Notes: generated by a model not told the origin, from the letters alone. A DNA stretch of 64,000 nt from Selaginella moellendorffii (GCF_000143415.4 NW_003314276.1:2034107-2098106); one strand, 5' to 3'. Counted from the first letter of the stretch, positions 26,633 through 41,178 are shown. A program made the numbers and translations.

Positions 26633-26634
<2 letters not shown>

Positions 26635-26677
<43 letters not shown>
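26635..26677. repeat. (CT)n microsatellite upstream of C2H2 gene
   Basis: Read directly; the paralogous tract at 38333-38395 is longer. Confidence 0.95.
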
Positions 26678-26680
<3 letters not shown>

Positions 26681-26857
26681 TGGTTAAAAATTAGAGGCGA
26701 ACAAAAATTCTTCTCTATGATCGACTGCATGGTTTGATCTCTCTTCCTTGCGAAATTCCAAAGCTTTGCTGCCGTTAGCTTGAAGGGGAGGAAAAAACAA
26801 GAAAAAAAATGGTCACAAAATGGTCACCTTTGGACTAAAGGGAGCCCCTGAATTTTT

Positions 26858-27480
26858 TCACTGCTGCTGCTCCGTGGATCCATCGTTGTGGGAAGAATCA
26901 GAGTTTCCACCACCGCTGCCACCGTTTCTACAGGGAGCTACCCCTCGCTGCCGCTGCTTGTAGCTGGCTTTGAAGATTGCCTGGCAGAACCACTTGGTTC
27001 GATCATCCAGCTCCATCCCCGGGCTCTCCACCATCTTCTTCTTCTGCTTCTCCAGCTCATGGATCACTGGGTTTGGAGCGTTTCCATCCGAATCCTTGGC
27101 TAACTCCTGGCAAGTAAAGCCAGAAGTTCACAGAAGAACTTTCAACCAAGAAAGAACACTAACCTGGCTCTTGTGTATCAAGCTCTCGAGGCTCTTGAGC
27201 TTGCGGTGAGGCCACTGGGGGATCCCAAACTCGCAGCACCGCTTCTTGAGCACAGTGCGGCTGACTTTGAGCTCCTTGGACGCCTGAGTGATCAGCATGG
27301 TGAAGTAGCGGGAGAGATCTTCGAGGCTTATGTCCATCATCCTCTTGGTTGGGCCAAGGAAGCCACTGCATGTCACCTTGTTGCTCACATCAACCAGGTC
27401 GTTTGCTCCATCGCGTTACCATTGCCACCATCGCCACCACCCTCGTTTCGGTTGAATCCAATTGAGCCTCCCGACATCAT
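26858..27480 (-). CDS. RWP-RK transcription factor, RKD type, copy 1 (partial/degenerate; RWP>QWP)
   Basis: ISLEDLSRYFTM.ITQASKELKV..TVLKKRC.EFGIPQWPHRKLKSL; after a GT-AG intron, RKD C-terminal ELEKQKKK..ESPGMELDDRTK.FCQAIFKASYK. Start uncertain. Confidence 0.75.
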
Positions 27481-28579
27481 AATCAACCAATTCCCAAGTT
27501 GCAATTGCAAATACTTCTTTTAACATTAAATTTTGAAATTTTTTCATCCTTTGTATAGGATGTTAAACTTTGGATTCATCATAATGTTTAAACATAAGGT
27601 GAAAAAAATAGACATTGGTATTGTATTAACTTAATATAAATATATACTTAAACAATTAGTATAAATTATTGTGATAACACAAAACCTCTGCCACAAAAAT
27701 TAGATGGTGGTAACAGATTTAAATATTACTTAAATTACTAATTTTATTCAAATATTATTAATAAAACTGTATGCAACTAAAACCTTAATAGAATATTCTT
27801 CAGTGTGTCAAAATATTCTTGTCCACTCCCTTGGCTTACTATTTACTAGCTCCTTGTATTAACAAATCATTTTATATAGAGCATAATCCTTGATGGTGAT
27901 AGCTATTTGAAAGAGCTGCCATTTTAAATTTCTTTTTAAACACTACTAAACAATATATACCAAGTTGGAATAGGACATTTTATAGTTTCATCAGTAATAA
28001 AGCATAAATAAATTGGTGAGGTATTAGAATTCTATATAATGGTGGTATAAACAAAGTTTTAATTAGCTGAGAGAGGAGTTACCTTTTCCATTGGGAAATA
28101 AGTTTACATGAATGCACAGAGAAATGTATTCAAGTTAAACACCATGATGTGCACAAGTGAGTTTTCACATACTTGCTCCACAAGTATTAACAACAAATCT
28201 TATTGAAATTTATCATATGATATGGTTATAAAAAATAAATTGCTCTAAATATTTATTTTAATATGAAATATGTTACAATGACTTGGTTATCTTTATGCTA
28301 TAGTAGTGTAAGCCATCAATTTTTCCTTTCCAATTTGCCAGCTTACCTCGTTTATCCAACCAATACCGCCTTCGTCTTAATTAAATTCCTTCGCCAAAGT
28401 TTTCACTTATTGTACCAGCTTTTACTTGGTCCTACTTAGTTTCAGCTACTCATTGCACAAGCAACGGAGCGCTAGGCATCCATCCACAAATTCCCAATCT
28501 CTCTCAATCCCCTTCCCTGGGTTAAACTAGACTTAAGGTTCGGCTACATTCCTTGCAGGCACAAGCAGCCAAGCACACC

Positions 28580-31500
28580 AAACATTTCAACCGCTATATA
28601 TGCACAATTTCTAGAGGATCGGTTTGCTGGATGTCATGCCTAACTTCATAAACTTGTGGTCCAACTTGCTATAACACCCAATATGGTCCTTTCCACTGAG
28701 CAAGGAGCCCCTTAGATAAATCATGTACCATAAGATAGAGAAAACAGAGTAACATTAAGTCATCCACTTTGTACTTTGCAAATGGACGATGATGGGAGTT
28801 GTAACGCCGTTGTTTTCCCACTTGTACATGGCCTAAGTGTTCGGCAGACTCTGCTCAGACAAGTAGAAGAATGCTCATCAAATACTAATCCCACAATTTA
28901 GCATTGGCAGCTTGTGACAATCGCGAAAGGTAAACCCAGCTTCATTAGTAATATTGAACCATGACCATACAGGAGTTTATATAGTGAAGCACTAACAGAA
29001 CTCTGCACCCCTATAACATATGCATATTAAAGAGATGGCAAATAACCATCCCAATCCAAATGCTGAAAGTTCATATACTTCGCGATCATTCCTTTGAATG
29101 TCCAAACGAGCCGTTCTACCAAACCGTCTAACTATGGATGATAAGCATTCGTGAAAGTGTGGCATATCCCTAATCTAGACGTCAAAACATGAAATGCCTC
29201 AACTATAAATGTAGGACTATTATCTGAAAGAATTCACTCCGAACAAGAATGCTAGAACACCACTCGATTGAGGAAGAAGTATCCAGCAGTTGTAGAGGCA
29301 CTAGCCAAAACACCAACTTCCACCCAATGAGTGAAATAGTCAGAAGCAATAATAACATATTCATTACCAACAGCCGACTGTGGAAAAGGTCCCATAAGAT
29401 TAAATGCCACCAACTCAAATAGACGGGAAACTACAATTGACTCCAACCATCCATCCGCGGCATGAGGGGGAGTATTATGAGCTTGGCACCAAATGCAACT
29501 ATGCACATACCGGATAATATCACATCGCATCTTTGGCTAATAGAAAAACTTGCGTAACTTCTCAGTCATATGACGATGTCCTATAGAACAGGAAAATCAT
29601 GGTAGGCATGGAGAAACCGTTGAATAAAGATAGAAGGCACCACTAGCCGTAAATGATCATCAATATCCATCCCCACAAAATAAAAAAGGCCGTTTTCAAA
29701 GCAATATTAAGAATATAAGGCAATATAAGGCGTCTTCAAGGTGATATTGAGAATGTCTCAAAGGATAGTTGACAGGTAACTTTTTATACCCAAAGTCGCA
29801 TTTGTGACAGCCGATCAACTACTACAACACAAAAACAGTTGGAGGAATTGAAAAAGGGAAGAGCAAAATAACACGGAAACATAGAAGGAAGTAATAGGGC
29901 AACAAAAGTAATGGACGTAGAGGTAGAAGCAAAGGGAGAAAAAGGTATGGAAGTGAGAGGAATGGATGAAATATAAGAAAGTATAAGACAAAAGGGAGAA
30001 GCCTTAAAGTCATATTTGGCATGATTGCATTGCAACCAATCCATACCAAAGATGAGGTCAAAAGCTTGACTTGACACCACCCGCAATGACTGCAACCCAA
30101 ACTCGAGATCACCTACATACACAATTAGGTCCACCTCATCCCGTGCACATGCATATATATAACTGTTGCTATAAAGAATGAAAATTGGCTCCATCGCATA
30201 GCACAAGTGTAGACGGCAACATGTGGCATTAAGTCGAGCAATAGAAGACAGAGAGAATAATAGGAGACCACTTGTTATAAAAATAAGCTTGGAAAGTAAA
30301 CACTGGATGAACTGGTGCCAAATGAACCCTATGATGATACTCCTGAAAGAAATATGGAAGGGTCACTAACTTATTTGCGCAAGGTCCTTTTATTATTAAT
30401 TATGTGACTCCTCATTTCCCGGATGCATCTCAGTATCCAAACCTTCCACTACAGTAGCACCAACAAAACATTGTTGATGCCAAGGTCTCCACCCAAGAAA
30501 TGGTGGCTGCCAATCTGGAAAACACTGACAACACTGATAAGTGTGACCAACTTCATCACATGCTCAACAACAAATATCATGGCCATGACCATGTCCTTGC
30601 CCTTGTCCTTGGACTTAAGCAACAGTAGCATCAACCTCAATTGGAACATGACCATTATTCACATGAAGTGAAGTTGAAGGACATGCAGTGAGAAGTGAAA
30701 GAGGTGACATCTTATAATGTTGTGCAAAGTGAAGAGCATCATCAAGGGTGGCTAGAGCAAGTGCATGCACAAGTCCGACAACATCTTGACGAAGTATTGG
30801 CCACAACATTCCTAGCTTGATCCGCTTTAATATATTTGACCCCGCACGAAGCAAAAGGCTTCGGAAACAAACGCCAAATTCCATTACTAACTTAGATGGC
30901 CCTTGACAAAGATGATGCAATTGTTAGAAGGCATCATCATAATTATTGCCATGTTCGAATGTGCATTTGAAGACATCTGGAAGAACATTCCAATTCCCAC
31001 GAGTGGTTGCCCTCAGACCATTGTACCATTGCAATGCCGTCCCTTGGAGACATGTGGGAAACTCACGCAAATGTCAAACATCATCCCAGAAATGATATGT
31101 GGCAATTATTGTGAAATGATCGAACCAATAGTACACATTATCCCAAAGATTCCCACAAAAGAACTCTGGCCGAACACGAATATTGGCACCAAAGGTAGGA
31201 GGAGCTATACCACGTGCCATGAATGCCACCATCAATTGAGTTTGGTTATCCAATCACAATCGCATAGCATCAAACAATTGCACCAATTGCTGCTCCAGAG
31301 TCAACGGAGGAGACTGTTAATCTACCATAAAGATGAATGAAAATAAAAAAGCAAAAGAAGATAAATGAAAAAAATAGCTAAAAGGAAAGGGAGATCTGAA
31401 CAATGCAAAAACTAAATCGAAACAAAAATCCTAAAAAAGGAAAGAACAAAAGAAAGTAAATGGAAAAAGTTAAATCTAAACAATACAAAAATTTAAACTA

Positions 31501-31734
31501 TAATCCCAAATCTAAACACTCTTCAAGGACAATCAAAGGTGCTCTTTATCTCTACCAATATGAGTGCATAGAATATGGAAAGAGAATATAGAAAATATAT
31601 ATCTCAATTATCCCAAAAACTATAATTTATATACAGGAGCGAGTGGTCCAAATTGAAACTAATCTGACAGCTACTAAAATCCCATTACGCTAATATTAGT
31701 ATATGGCATTGTAGTTATACACTTGGACCTTACA
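28580..31734 (-). mobile_element. Family B retrotransposon, copy 2 (3' end truncated)
   Basis: Direct repeat of ~18500-21648; LTR 31561-31734 (TGAGTG...CTTACA). Confidence 0.75.
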
Positions 31735-32039
31735 TTCTGTAAATTAGGTGACAAGGCAAAACCTCTATTAATTAGGAAATATTGCTACTCATATTTAAAT
31801 TTTTTTTAAATTACTATTTTTTAAAAATGCCTCTTTAATAAAAATATTGCCACTAAAACATTAAGAAAATATTCTTTAGTGTACTAGTATATTTTAAAGC
31901 TTTATTCTTAATGACTCCTTTTGTTGACCTGTCTCTCTCTATTAGCAGATTGTACATCACCTAGCAAGCTTTTAATGATTAGTTTCTTTGAATTGATCAA
32001 GAGTGCCCAATATCTCTATTTGTTTGTTCAGGGGCTATG

Positions 32040-33184
32040 TGTCGCGAATGTGACTTCGGGTATCGAAAGTTATCTGTCAGCTAGTCCTTTCGGATATTCT
32101 TACCTTACTGCCACGATGGCAGGAGGTCAGTATTGCTGGACCCGTTATCAGTCTCCGCCTAAGCTAGTTGAGAAACTGGTCCTCGCGTGTGCACTTGACC
32201 AGATGGGCATAAGGACGGAATTCCTAAGTGCTATTAGTCAAGCATACTTGACCTGGTTAGAGAAACTCATTCATTGACTTGCACTTGCTAGTGTTGGGAA
32301 CCCCCGCAATATTGAGATTGGTCCCTCAATATCGCTAGATGATAGCTTACCGTGTCTGCCAAACACCCTCGCTATCATGCCCTTTGTGTTAGTCTCATTT
32401 TGGTCCCAAATGCTATTTATGGAAAGTGTCCAGATTTGCTCATTTGGCATATCTGCAGAATGTAGAGATTGTCCTGAACACAATGGTGTTCGTCCGGTGC
32501 CCAAATTCGCAATCTAGGGACATTCCATATTTAGTAAGTTTCGAGCTTGTCCCAAAGACTAACTCCTGATACTAAAGGAGGCTTGGGGTGAAAGCCCAAA
32601 GCGTGTGTTCCTCAAGGGGGGGGGGGGCTGTGGGGGGTTCCAAATGTATAGTAGGGATAGTGGGTAGGTCGGGCATGGCCGACCAACCTGAGGCATAGTC
32701 TAGCTTCTGCTTGCGTGCCTGTCCTTGTTCTGCGTCCGGCTTGGGTCTAAGCCCAAGTTCCATTCCATGCTAGCTGGTGGAGTACCCATGTCCTCGCATT
32801 AGGCCATCGGTATGCCGAAATAGCGCCAGACTCCGTTTGGCTCTGTTTTGCGTGCTAGTCCTGGCATTGGGATGCTGGTTGCTCCAGGACTGTTCCAAAT
32901 TGCTCCGGGCTCCCATCCCTTCGCTCCTTGGGCTTCATGCTCGGGAGTTGCTCCGTGGTTCGGTTCTGTCACTCCTCGGCTCCATGCTTGGGAGTTTGGC
33001 ACCGTTCCTTCGTTCAGTGGCCCAAGGCCCTGAACCTCGGGTTCCTGTGGACACGTGGCATGGACACGTGGTATGTGACACGTGGCATCTGTCACGTGGC
33101 ACAAAGAGGGTTTAGGTTCCGCTTTGTGGTGTTATCCTATGGTAAATCACCATAGGATAAAGGGTCAAAACCACGTGTGCTACA
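32040..33184. mobile_element. Solo LTR (family C, 1145 bp) with CTATG TSD
   Basis: CTATG|TGTCGCGA...GTGCTACA|CTATG; the empty site is visible in the inverted paralog at ~42640-42665. Confidence 0.9.
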
Positions 33185-33882
33185 CTATGAGATACCAAAA
33201 GCAAATGCACTTAAACTTTGAAAGAATGTGAAGATGATGTTTCCAATTTTGAAATTTTGTAAGAAAGAAAAGTTGCTCATTTTAAAAGACTTTTAGCTCT
33301 ACAATTATGTAGCTAAATATGCTTACTAGCAAACCAAAATACCAAATAATATCAGTGTTACTAAAAACTATAATAATAATACATACTATAGTAATAATAT
33401 TCACTAGAGGAGGAGGAACAAAGCTAGTGTTTTGCTTTGCACTGTTATTCAAGAGGATGAGTAAAGCAATTGGTAAAACCAACACAATATAAATCAAATT
33501 GGTATGATCTGGAACAGCTTTGCAAGGAGTAGAAACCTTCCAAACCTCATCTCTTAAAAAGCTCTTGAAATGCCAGGATGAGTACTAGAATTGGAATTTT
33601 GGGATCGACACAAGCATCTCCAAATATGTTCGATAATTGGATTGTTCCAGGCGTTTTGACCGATTTTACTCTGGAGGAGCTGTGGATCAATATCAATGTT
33701 GCACCGTGAGAATATCAAAACAGCAATGAATAGATATTTATCTTGTGTTTCTTTTTCCCGCGTTCAAGTCTGACAATCCACAGCGTCACCAGCTACTCGT
33801 TAAAACCAAAAGTAGTCAAGGGTTAGGTTAGAATCTTTCTCGCTTGGATTTTTCTATTGTCGAAGCTCTCGTCAGGTAAGCT

Positions 33883-34680
33883 ATGGTCTCTCGCGCTCAC
33901 GCCGCCCCGACGCTTGCCCGCCGAGCTCCAGCGCCCTGGCATGGCGGCCATCACCGACCTTCACACCCGCGACCTCCAGCTCTAGCTCCAGCACATCGAG
34001 CAGACCACCATGGACACCATCCTCGAGGAGGCCACGAGCCAGCACCAGCTTTAGCTCCAGTTCTTCAAGGTGACGCTCCAGTTCGAGCCCCAGCGCCAGC
34101 TGCTTTCGTTCACCCTGCTCGCGGCCACCCTGCTCATCTAGCTCCAGCGCCTGCTATCCTTGATCATGCTCGCCACCACCATCCAGCTCCAGCAGCAGCA
34201 GTGTACCATCATCATCACGGTGATGGAGCTCCTCTGGTTGTTCACCACCATCACCATGGTCACCACCATGGTCACCACCATGGAGGACGCCACAACCACC
34301 ACCACCACCACCACCACCACAACCACCACCACCACCACCATCGTCGCGACGGTCACGACGCAGCAGTGGCCACACCAACACCCGCAGCAGTAGTTACAGT
34401 GGTTCGGAGGACGCCATGGTCGCTGCTCCAGCTTCTTCTCTGGGTTTTGGTTGCGATCTTGGTGCTGCTCGCGTGCTTTTTGCTCGTGCGATGGATGTTA
34501 TCTCGAAGGAAGCAGTGCAGTAATGCTATCTTTCAGGATCCCAGGTGGCAGATCGAAGTTGTAGTGGACGATCCTCCAACTGAGAAGAAACAGCTGGAAG
34601 CTCACACTCGTGGTTCGCACAGCAATGGCACTCTGGGATTCTCCTCTAAGTGTCCTGCCAACACTGGCAGTGACGCGTAA
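33883..34680 (+). CDS. His/Pro/Ala-rich single-pass membrane protein (265 aa), copy 2
   Basis: Paralog of 22404-23231 with a shorter His tract. Confidence 0.6.
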   Translation: MVSRAHAAPTLARRAPAPWHGGHHRPSHPRPPALAPAHRADHHGHHPRGGHEPAPALAPVLQGDAPVRAPAPAAFVHPARGHPAHLAPAPAILDHARHHHPAPAAAVYHHHHGDGAPLVVHHHHHGHHHGHHHGGRHNHHHHHHHHNHHHHHHRRDGHDAAVATPTPAAVVTVVRRTPWSLLQLLLWVLVAILVLLACFLLVRWMLSRRKQCSNAIFQDPRWQIEVVVDDPPTEKKQLEAHTRGSHSNGTLGFSSKCPANTGSDA

Positions 34681-35219
34681 GTCAGCTATGTTGCATGCGT
34701 TGTCACATGGAAGATTGTGTACAAACAATCTTCAAGGAGATGAAGTTGCAGAGCAAGAAGACAGCAGGCTCTTGCTCACGGACGGTGAAGATCACATACA
34801 AGGGTCGACTGGTGGAAGTCACCAGACTTGGAAGTTATTCCACAGCTGGCTGGGAAAATGGACTGGGTTTCCACAGAGCAAGAACCTACCAAGTTTCAAT
34901 TTGACTGAGCTATCCTCTAGAGTGACGGGGGAGCAGCCTCCAAAGGCCAGAGAAGTTGCTTGAGACGAAAGGTTTGAGAAAAGGTAACGTACTACTTTTG
35001 CTCTCTGTTCTTGCAGGCGCTCAAATCTCAACTTCGATGAGAAGAAGCAGTGCAGGGCATAGCAGCCAGATAAGTTTCTCCAGAGTCAAGAGCATCATAA
35101 GCCGGGAATCAAGCAAGTGCAATTGTGAAAGTATGGTCGAAGTCTACACTGCGGCTTGCAACACAGGTTGTTCAACAGGATGGGACGAAGAACAGGATAG
35201 GTTGGGCTACCTCGCAAAT

Positions 35220-35605
35220 TGTGAATACAAAGCCGATGCATTCGTCGCAAGCAGCCTCGTGGACATGTGGAAGCATCAGAAGTGTTGAGGAGGACAAATA
35301 AACATGACGTTGGTTGCCTGGAACACGATCATCATGGGACATGCACGTCTTCTATCAGATGCAACGAGAAGCTGGCCTGCCTCCAAACGCTGAGACTTTG
35401 TATGGAGCAGCAAAACATCATTTCCTGGGATATGCCGAGAACAACCTTTGCTCTTGAGCGCTACGAGCAAACCGGCAGCCAAACGCTCAGACATTTCATG
35501 GTGGCGCTCAAGGCACGCAGCGACTTAGCAGAGAAGAGGCTCCACTCGCAGATCCAGGAGAGAAATCTGGACGGAATCCACTACTCACGTGCTCGCTCAG
35601 TGTAG
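35220..35605 (+). pseudogene. PPR fragment, copy 2
   Basis: Paralog of 23770-24160. Confidence 0.65.
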
Positions 35606-37106
35606 AGACATGCCTGCCATTCGAGAAGTTTTCCGCCCCAAGTTCAGAAGTACTCTGGTGTCACTGTCACGATGACACACTTCTTCTTGCACTACTCATT
35701 TGGAGTAACTGGAGAGTGCCCTATGAAGCATGATGGTCATAGGTATTATAATTTTTCACTAGTTCATAGCTTTTTTGTTTTGTTTTATAGCCTTCACAAG
35801 GTATTTAGTTTACGTGATTCTTAGGCCAAGATGGTCGAGCTAGTTAGAAGTCCCTATCTTTAAGCTGTTTTGAGGAAACTGAAGCTTGGCAATGAAAAGC
35901 TGTGGAGGCTTTGAAGTTTATCTCCTTACACATCTTCTTTTGACTTTTTCAACAATGACATGTTATTTCAGGGATGGGAATGGATATACAATTTTATTGT
36001 GGAGAGGGTATTAGGAGGTGTTACTCATGTTGCCTTGGAAGGAATATGCTTTAATTCCGAAGAACTTAGTCAAAATGAGAGAAAAGCTTTTCTCAGGAGC
36101 TTGTTGGTAAACTTTGTGAGGAAAGGGTGTGATGCAAGGTTGATGGAGCCATCAATCAAACCCAAACAACCTGAAAACAAGCAAAAGGATCTTAGCTAGC
36201 ACACCATGGTGAAGAGATAAAAATATTTGAGAAAATACTTATCTCATAAATAATTTTCTTGGTTTACTTGATAGTAGTAATAATTTAATTGAGCAATATT
36301 GACAAACATATTTATAATTTATAAATCAAGATTATATCAATAGTGGAATAGAAAAGAATATACTAGAAGGAAATTTTATAAATTATAAACATGTTCACAA
36401 ATTATAAAGAAAAGATTAATCTAAGTGAACAACAACCATTAAATAGTAGAATATCCAAGCGTCTTCAAGTTTGCTTAAGCAAACCAATTATAGATCTATG
36501 GTGTTTGGTCACTTAAACTTACACAAGCTTATTCACAAACCTATTTCATTAACTTGTGTACTCATGAATATATAGAACTTTTTTTCCCAAACTTATATCA
36601 TTAAACTGATAAAAAAAACATGGGACTTACGTTTTTCCAATGTTTTGTTGTAGATTAGATGTTATATTCTTCTTTCAACCATGCCCTATACAAATATACA
36701 AACTTCATAATTACAATTCAACTTCTTTAAATCTTTCCTGATTTCATATTAGTGGAAGAGAAACAACAAACATATGAAGATTATAAATGCTTGGTCAAAG
36801 AAAGCAAAGACAATATATTCAAAGGCAATATAGTTAAAAAGTAAATATGAATATCAATCAACAATACCATAATCACAAGTATATAGTTTTCAGTTAAGAA
36901 AGTGATATTGTAAATGGGAGAATTCATAATGGAGATTATACGTAAATTGGTCGTGTAAGAAGAAGCTATTTAAATTCTAGAAAATGTTTAAGAAATAATC
37001 TTATAATTTGTTTAAGCTGTTTTATATTTAGGCGAATTTAAATATTATTATGAGTAGAAGTTGAAGAACCCTAAAAGGTTGGCAAGAGGTTTTACAGAAA
37101 TTAAAG

Positions 37107-38212
37107 TTACACAAAGCATTTTAGACCGCAAGGGCCGGTCGCAAAAACCCGGTGGCAGTTCAGGCACTTAAAACCTCCAGTCAACCCCTTGTCAACGCAC
37201 ACCACCTCGTCCTCCTCGTCAACGCGGTCAGCAATAATGTCAACGGGCACGTTGACCACGCCTGGATCGCCGTTGCTGGGGGGCAACTTGGGCAAGGCGT
37301 CCTCGATCTTGGTGCTGATGATCTTGCTCTTGCGCGACATCTTCCTCACGCAGTGGTGGGCGGCCAGTGCTGTGCTCGATTCAAACGCGAGCTTACAACG
37401 GGAGCACTCGACAACCGCCGCTCCCCCAGTCGATTCAAGACGGCAACCATCCCCTTTACGAGATCCCTCCGCCACAGTGGCGTCGGCGCCGCCGCCAGTC
37501 GGATCAAGGGCCCGGGAGGAGCACTTGATCCTAATCTTCAATGGTTGCCACTGCGGCAATGGATCGTCATGGATCACAACCTGGAAGAATTCTCCTCCCC
37601 CTCTTCCTCCATGGCCACCTTCTCGACCATCAAAGCTCCCAACTTTTTCTTCTTTTCCTCCTCCTCCCTGGCCCAGTGCCGGAGATAGACTTGCTCCAGG
37701 CTCGTGTCGCTCTCGTAGTCGGGCTCCTCGATCACCTCCTTGATTTTGATCTTCGCGGGGCTGCGCGGAGCGATAGTGGCGGCGGCCCTCGCGATCCGCG
37801 ACTCCGGATGGCATCGCATGTGTCCCGACAGCCCTTTGATCGATACGAACTCCTTGCCACACTCCGGGCACTCGTGATCCTTGCCCTTGCTGCTCAGCTT
37901 CTTCTTCTTGATCTGCTCCTCCGCAAACTTGAGGTTCTTCTTAGGATTTGCCCTCAGCGCATACAACCCATTGCATCCCCCGGCCCGCTGGACGTCGTCG
38001 CCGGAGCTCCGATCGTCATCCTCGCTGTGATCGAGGTCTTGGAACAAGCTCTCCTCGACCAGGCAGTGCCGGAGCTGGGGATAGGCCTTCTTCCGCTTGG
38101 TGCTCCTCACCAGATCCTTTTCATGACGATCCTCACCCACCTGTCCATTCTGCTGCTGCTGCTGCTCATACTCATGCTCTTGCTGCACGATCTTCCTCTT
38201 CGCCGATCTCAT
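37107..38212 (-). pseudogene. ZAT-like C2H2 zinc-finger gene, copy 2 (1-nt frameshift near 37582)
   Basis: ORFs 37574-38245 and 37107-37871 join if one base present in copy 1 is restored. Confidence 0.75.
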
Positions 38213-38329
38213 AGCTAGCCACCGATTGATTGATCGATCGCGCAAGAAAAAACCGAAAACCCTTTCCTCTTACAACGAATTAGGGCACACTTCCTTTTTC
38301 CCGCCACAGCCAACTTGAATGAAAAGGTA

Positions 38330-38398
<69 letters not shown>

Positions 38399-38571
38399 TG
38401 GTTAAAAATTAGAGGCGAACAAAAATTCTTCTCTATGATCGACTGCATGGTTTGATCTCTCTTGCGAAATTCCAAAGCTTTGCTGCTGTTAGCTTGAAGG
38501 GGAGGAAAAAACAAGAAAAAAAATGGTCACAAAATGGTCACCTTTGGACTAAAGGGAGCCCCTGAATTTTT

Positions 38572-39217
38572 TCACTGCTGCTGCTCCGTGGATCCATCGT
38601 TGTGGGAAGAATCAGAGTTTCCACCACCGCTGCCACCGTTTCTACAGGGAGCTACCGCTCGCCACTGCTGCTTGTAGCTGGCTTTGAAGATTGCCTGGCA
38701 GAACCGCTTGGTTCAATCGTCCAGCTCCATCCCCGGGCTCTCCTCCATCTTCTTCTTCTGCTTCTCCAGCTCGTGAACCGCATGGATCACCGGGTTTGGA
38801 GCGTTTCCATCCGAATCCTTGGCTAACTCCTGGCAAGTAAAGCCAGAAGTTCACAGAAGAACTTTCAACCAAGAACAAGGAAAGAACACTAACCTGGCTC
38901 TTGTGTATCAAGCTCTCGAGGCTCTTGAGCTTGCGGTGAGGCCACCGGGGGATCCCAAACTCGCAGCACCGCTTCTTGAGCACGGTGCAGCTGACTTTGA
39001 GCTCCTTGGATGCCTGAGTGATCGGCATGGTGAAGTAGCGGGAGAGATCTTCGAGGCTTATGTCCATCATCCTCTCGGTTGGGCCGAGGAAGCCACTGCA
39101 TGTCACCTTGTTGCTCATATTGCAAACGGTGACTATAGCACCTGTATTGGTGTTACCATTGCCACTATTGCCACCACCCTTGTTTCGGTTGAATCCAATT
39201 GAGCCTCCTAACATCAT
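38572..39217 (-). pseudogene. RKD-type RWP-RK gene, copy 2 (premature TGA in exon 2)
   Basis: Intact GIPRWPHRKLKSL; exon 2 reads ELDD*TKR where copy 1 has ELDDRTK. Confidence 0.75.
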
Positions 39218-40269
39218 AATCAACCAATTCCCAAGTTACAATTGCAAATATTTATTTTAACATTAAAATTTGAAAGTTTTTCATCCTTTGCATAGGATGC
39301 TAAACTTTGGATTCATCATAATGTTTAAACATAAGGTGAAAAAAATAGACATTGGTATTGTATTAACTTAATATAAATATACTTAAACAATTAGTATAAA
39401 TACTAATTATTAAATATTGTGATAACACAAAACCTCTCCCACAAAAATTAGACGGTGGTACTTTCAAACAGATGTAAATATTACTTAAATTACATTTTAT
39501 TTAAATACCTTATTAATAAAACTGTTTGCAACTAAAACCTTAATAGAATATTCTTCAGTGTGTCAAAATATTCTTGTCCACTCCCTTGCTCACTATTTAC
39601 TAGCTCCTTGTATTAGCAAATCATTTTATATAGAGCATAATCCTTGATGGTGATAGCTATTTGAAAGAAATGCCATTTTAAATTTCTTTTTAAACACTAC
39701 TAAACAATATATACCAAGTTGGAATAGGACACCAACATTTTATAGTTTCATGAGTAATGAAGCATAAATAAATTGATGAGGTTTTAGAATTCTATATAAT
39801 GGTGGTATAAACAAAGTTTTAATTAGCTGAGAGAGGAGTTACTTTTTCCATTTTGCTTGAGCAAACGTGTAGCGGTATTGAATATATTTAAATATGCTTA
39901 GATTCCATTCCACCAATCTAATAGTTGTTTTTCATTTAGATTAATCTTTTTATTTGTAATTTATAAACTTTCCTAAACACTTTCTAGTATATTCTTCTTT
40001 ATTCTACTATTGATATGGAATAATATTAATCTTGACTTATAAATTATAAATATGTTTATAACTATTGATCAACTCCTGCAAATTAATTAAGAGATAAGTA
40101 TTGTCTCTCATATTTTTTATCCTTCACCATAGTGTGCCAGCTAAGATCCTTTCGTGTCTTTTCAGGCACCATCTTTGTTTGGGTTTCATGGACGGCTCCA
40201 TCAACCTTGCATCACACTCTTTCCTTGCAAAGTTTACCAACCTCCTGAGAAAAGCTTTTCTCTCATTGA

Positions 40270-40630
40270 GCAAGCATGCTGAGTAGTGGATTCCATTCAG
40301 ATTTCTCTCCCAGATCTGCAAGTGGAGCCTCTTCTCTGCTAAGTCGCCGTGTGCCCTGAGCACCACCGTGAAAGTCTGAGCATTTGCCTGCTGGCTTGCT
40401 CATAGCACTCAAGGGCGAAGGTTGTTCTCAGCATATCCCAGGAAACAATGTTTTGCTACCCCATGCAAAGTCTCGGCGTTTGGAGGCAAGCCAACTTCTC
40501 GTTGCATCTGATCGAAGATGTGCATGTCCCATGTTGATCGTGTTCCAGGCAACCAACGTCATGTTTATTTGTCCTCCTCAACACTTCTGATGCTTCCACA
40601 TGTCCACGAGGCTGCTTGAGACGAATGCAT
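40270..40630 (-). pseudogene. PPR fragment, copy 3 (inverted)
   Basis: Reverse-complement paralog of 23770-24160. Confidence 0.6.
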
Positions 40631-41178
40631 CGGCTTTGTATTCACAATTTGCGAGGTAGACCAACCTATCCTGTTCTTCGTCCCATCCTGTTGAACAACC
40701 TGTGTTGCAAGCCGCAGTGTAGACTTCAACCATACTTTCACAATTGCACTTGCTTGATTCCCGGCTTATGATGCTCTTGACTGAGAAACTTATCTGGCTG
40801 CTATGCCCTGCACTGCTTCTTCTCATTGAAGTTGAGATTTGAGCGCCTGCAAGAACAGAGAGCAAAAGTAGTACGTTACCTTTTCTCAAAACCTTTCGTC
40901 TCAAGCAACTTCTCTGGCCTTTGGAGGCTGCTCCCCCGTCACTCTAGAGGATAGCTCAGTCAATTGAAACTTGGTAGGCTCTTGCTCTATTTTCCAGTCC
41001 ATTTTCCGAGCCAGCTGTGCAATAACTTCGAAGTCTGGTGACTTCCACCAGTCGACCCTTGTATGTGATCTTCACCGTCCGTGAGCAAGAGCCTGCTGTC
41101 TTCTTGCTCTGAAACTTCATCTCCTTGAAGATTGTTTGTACACAATCTTCCATGTGACAACGCATGCACTGTGCTGAC

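Noticed and set aside
25750-26730. 326-aa ORF with RERERE N-terminus
   Set aside because: The N-terminal extension is the (GA)n microsatellite, not in frame in copy 2; the C-terminus is frameshifted.
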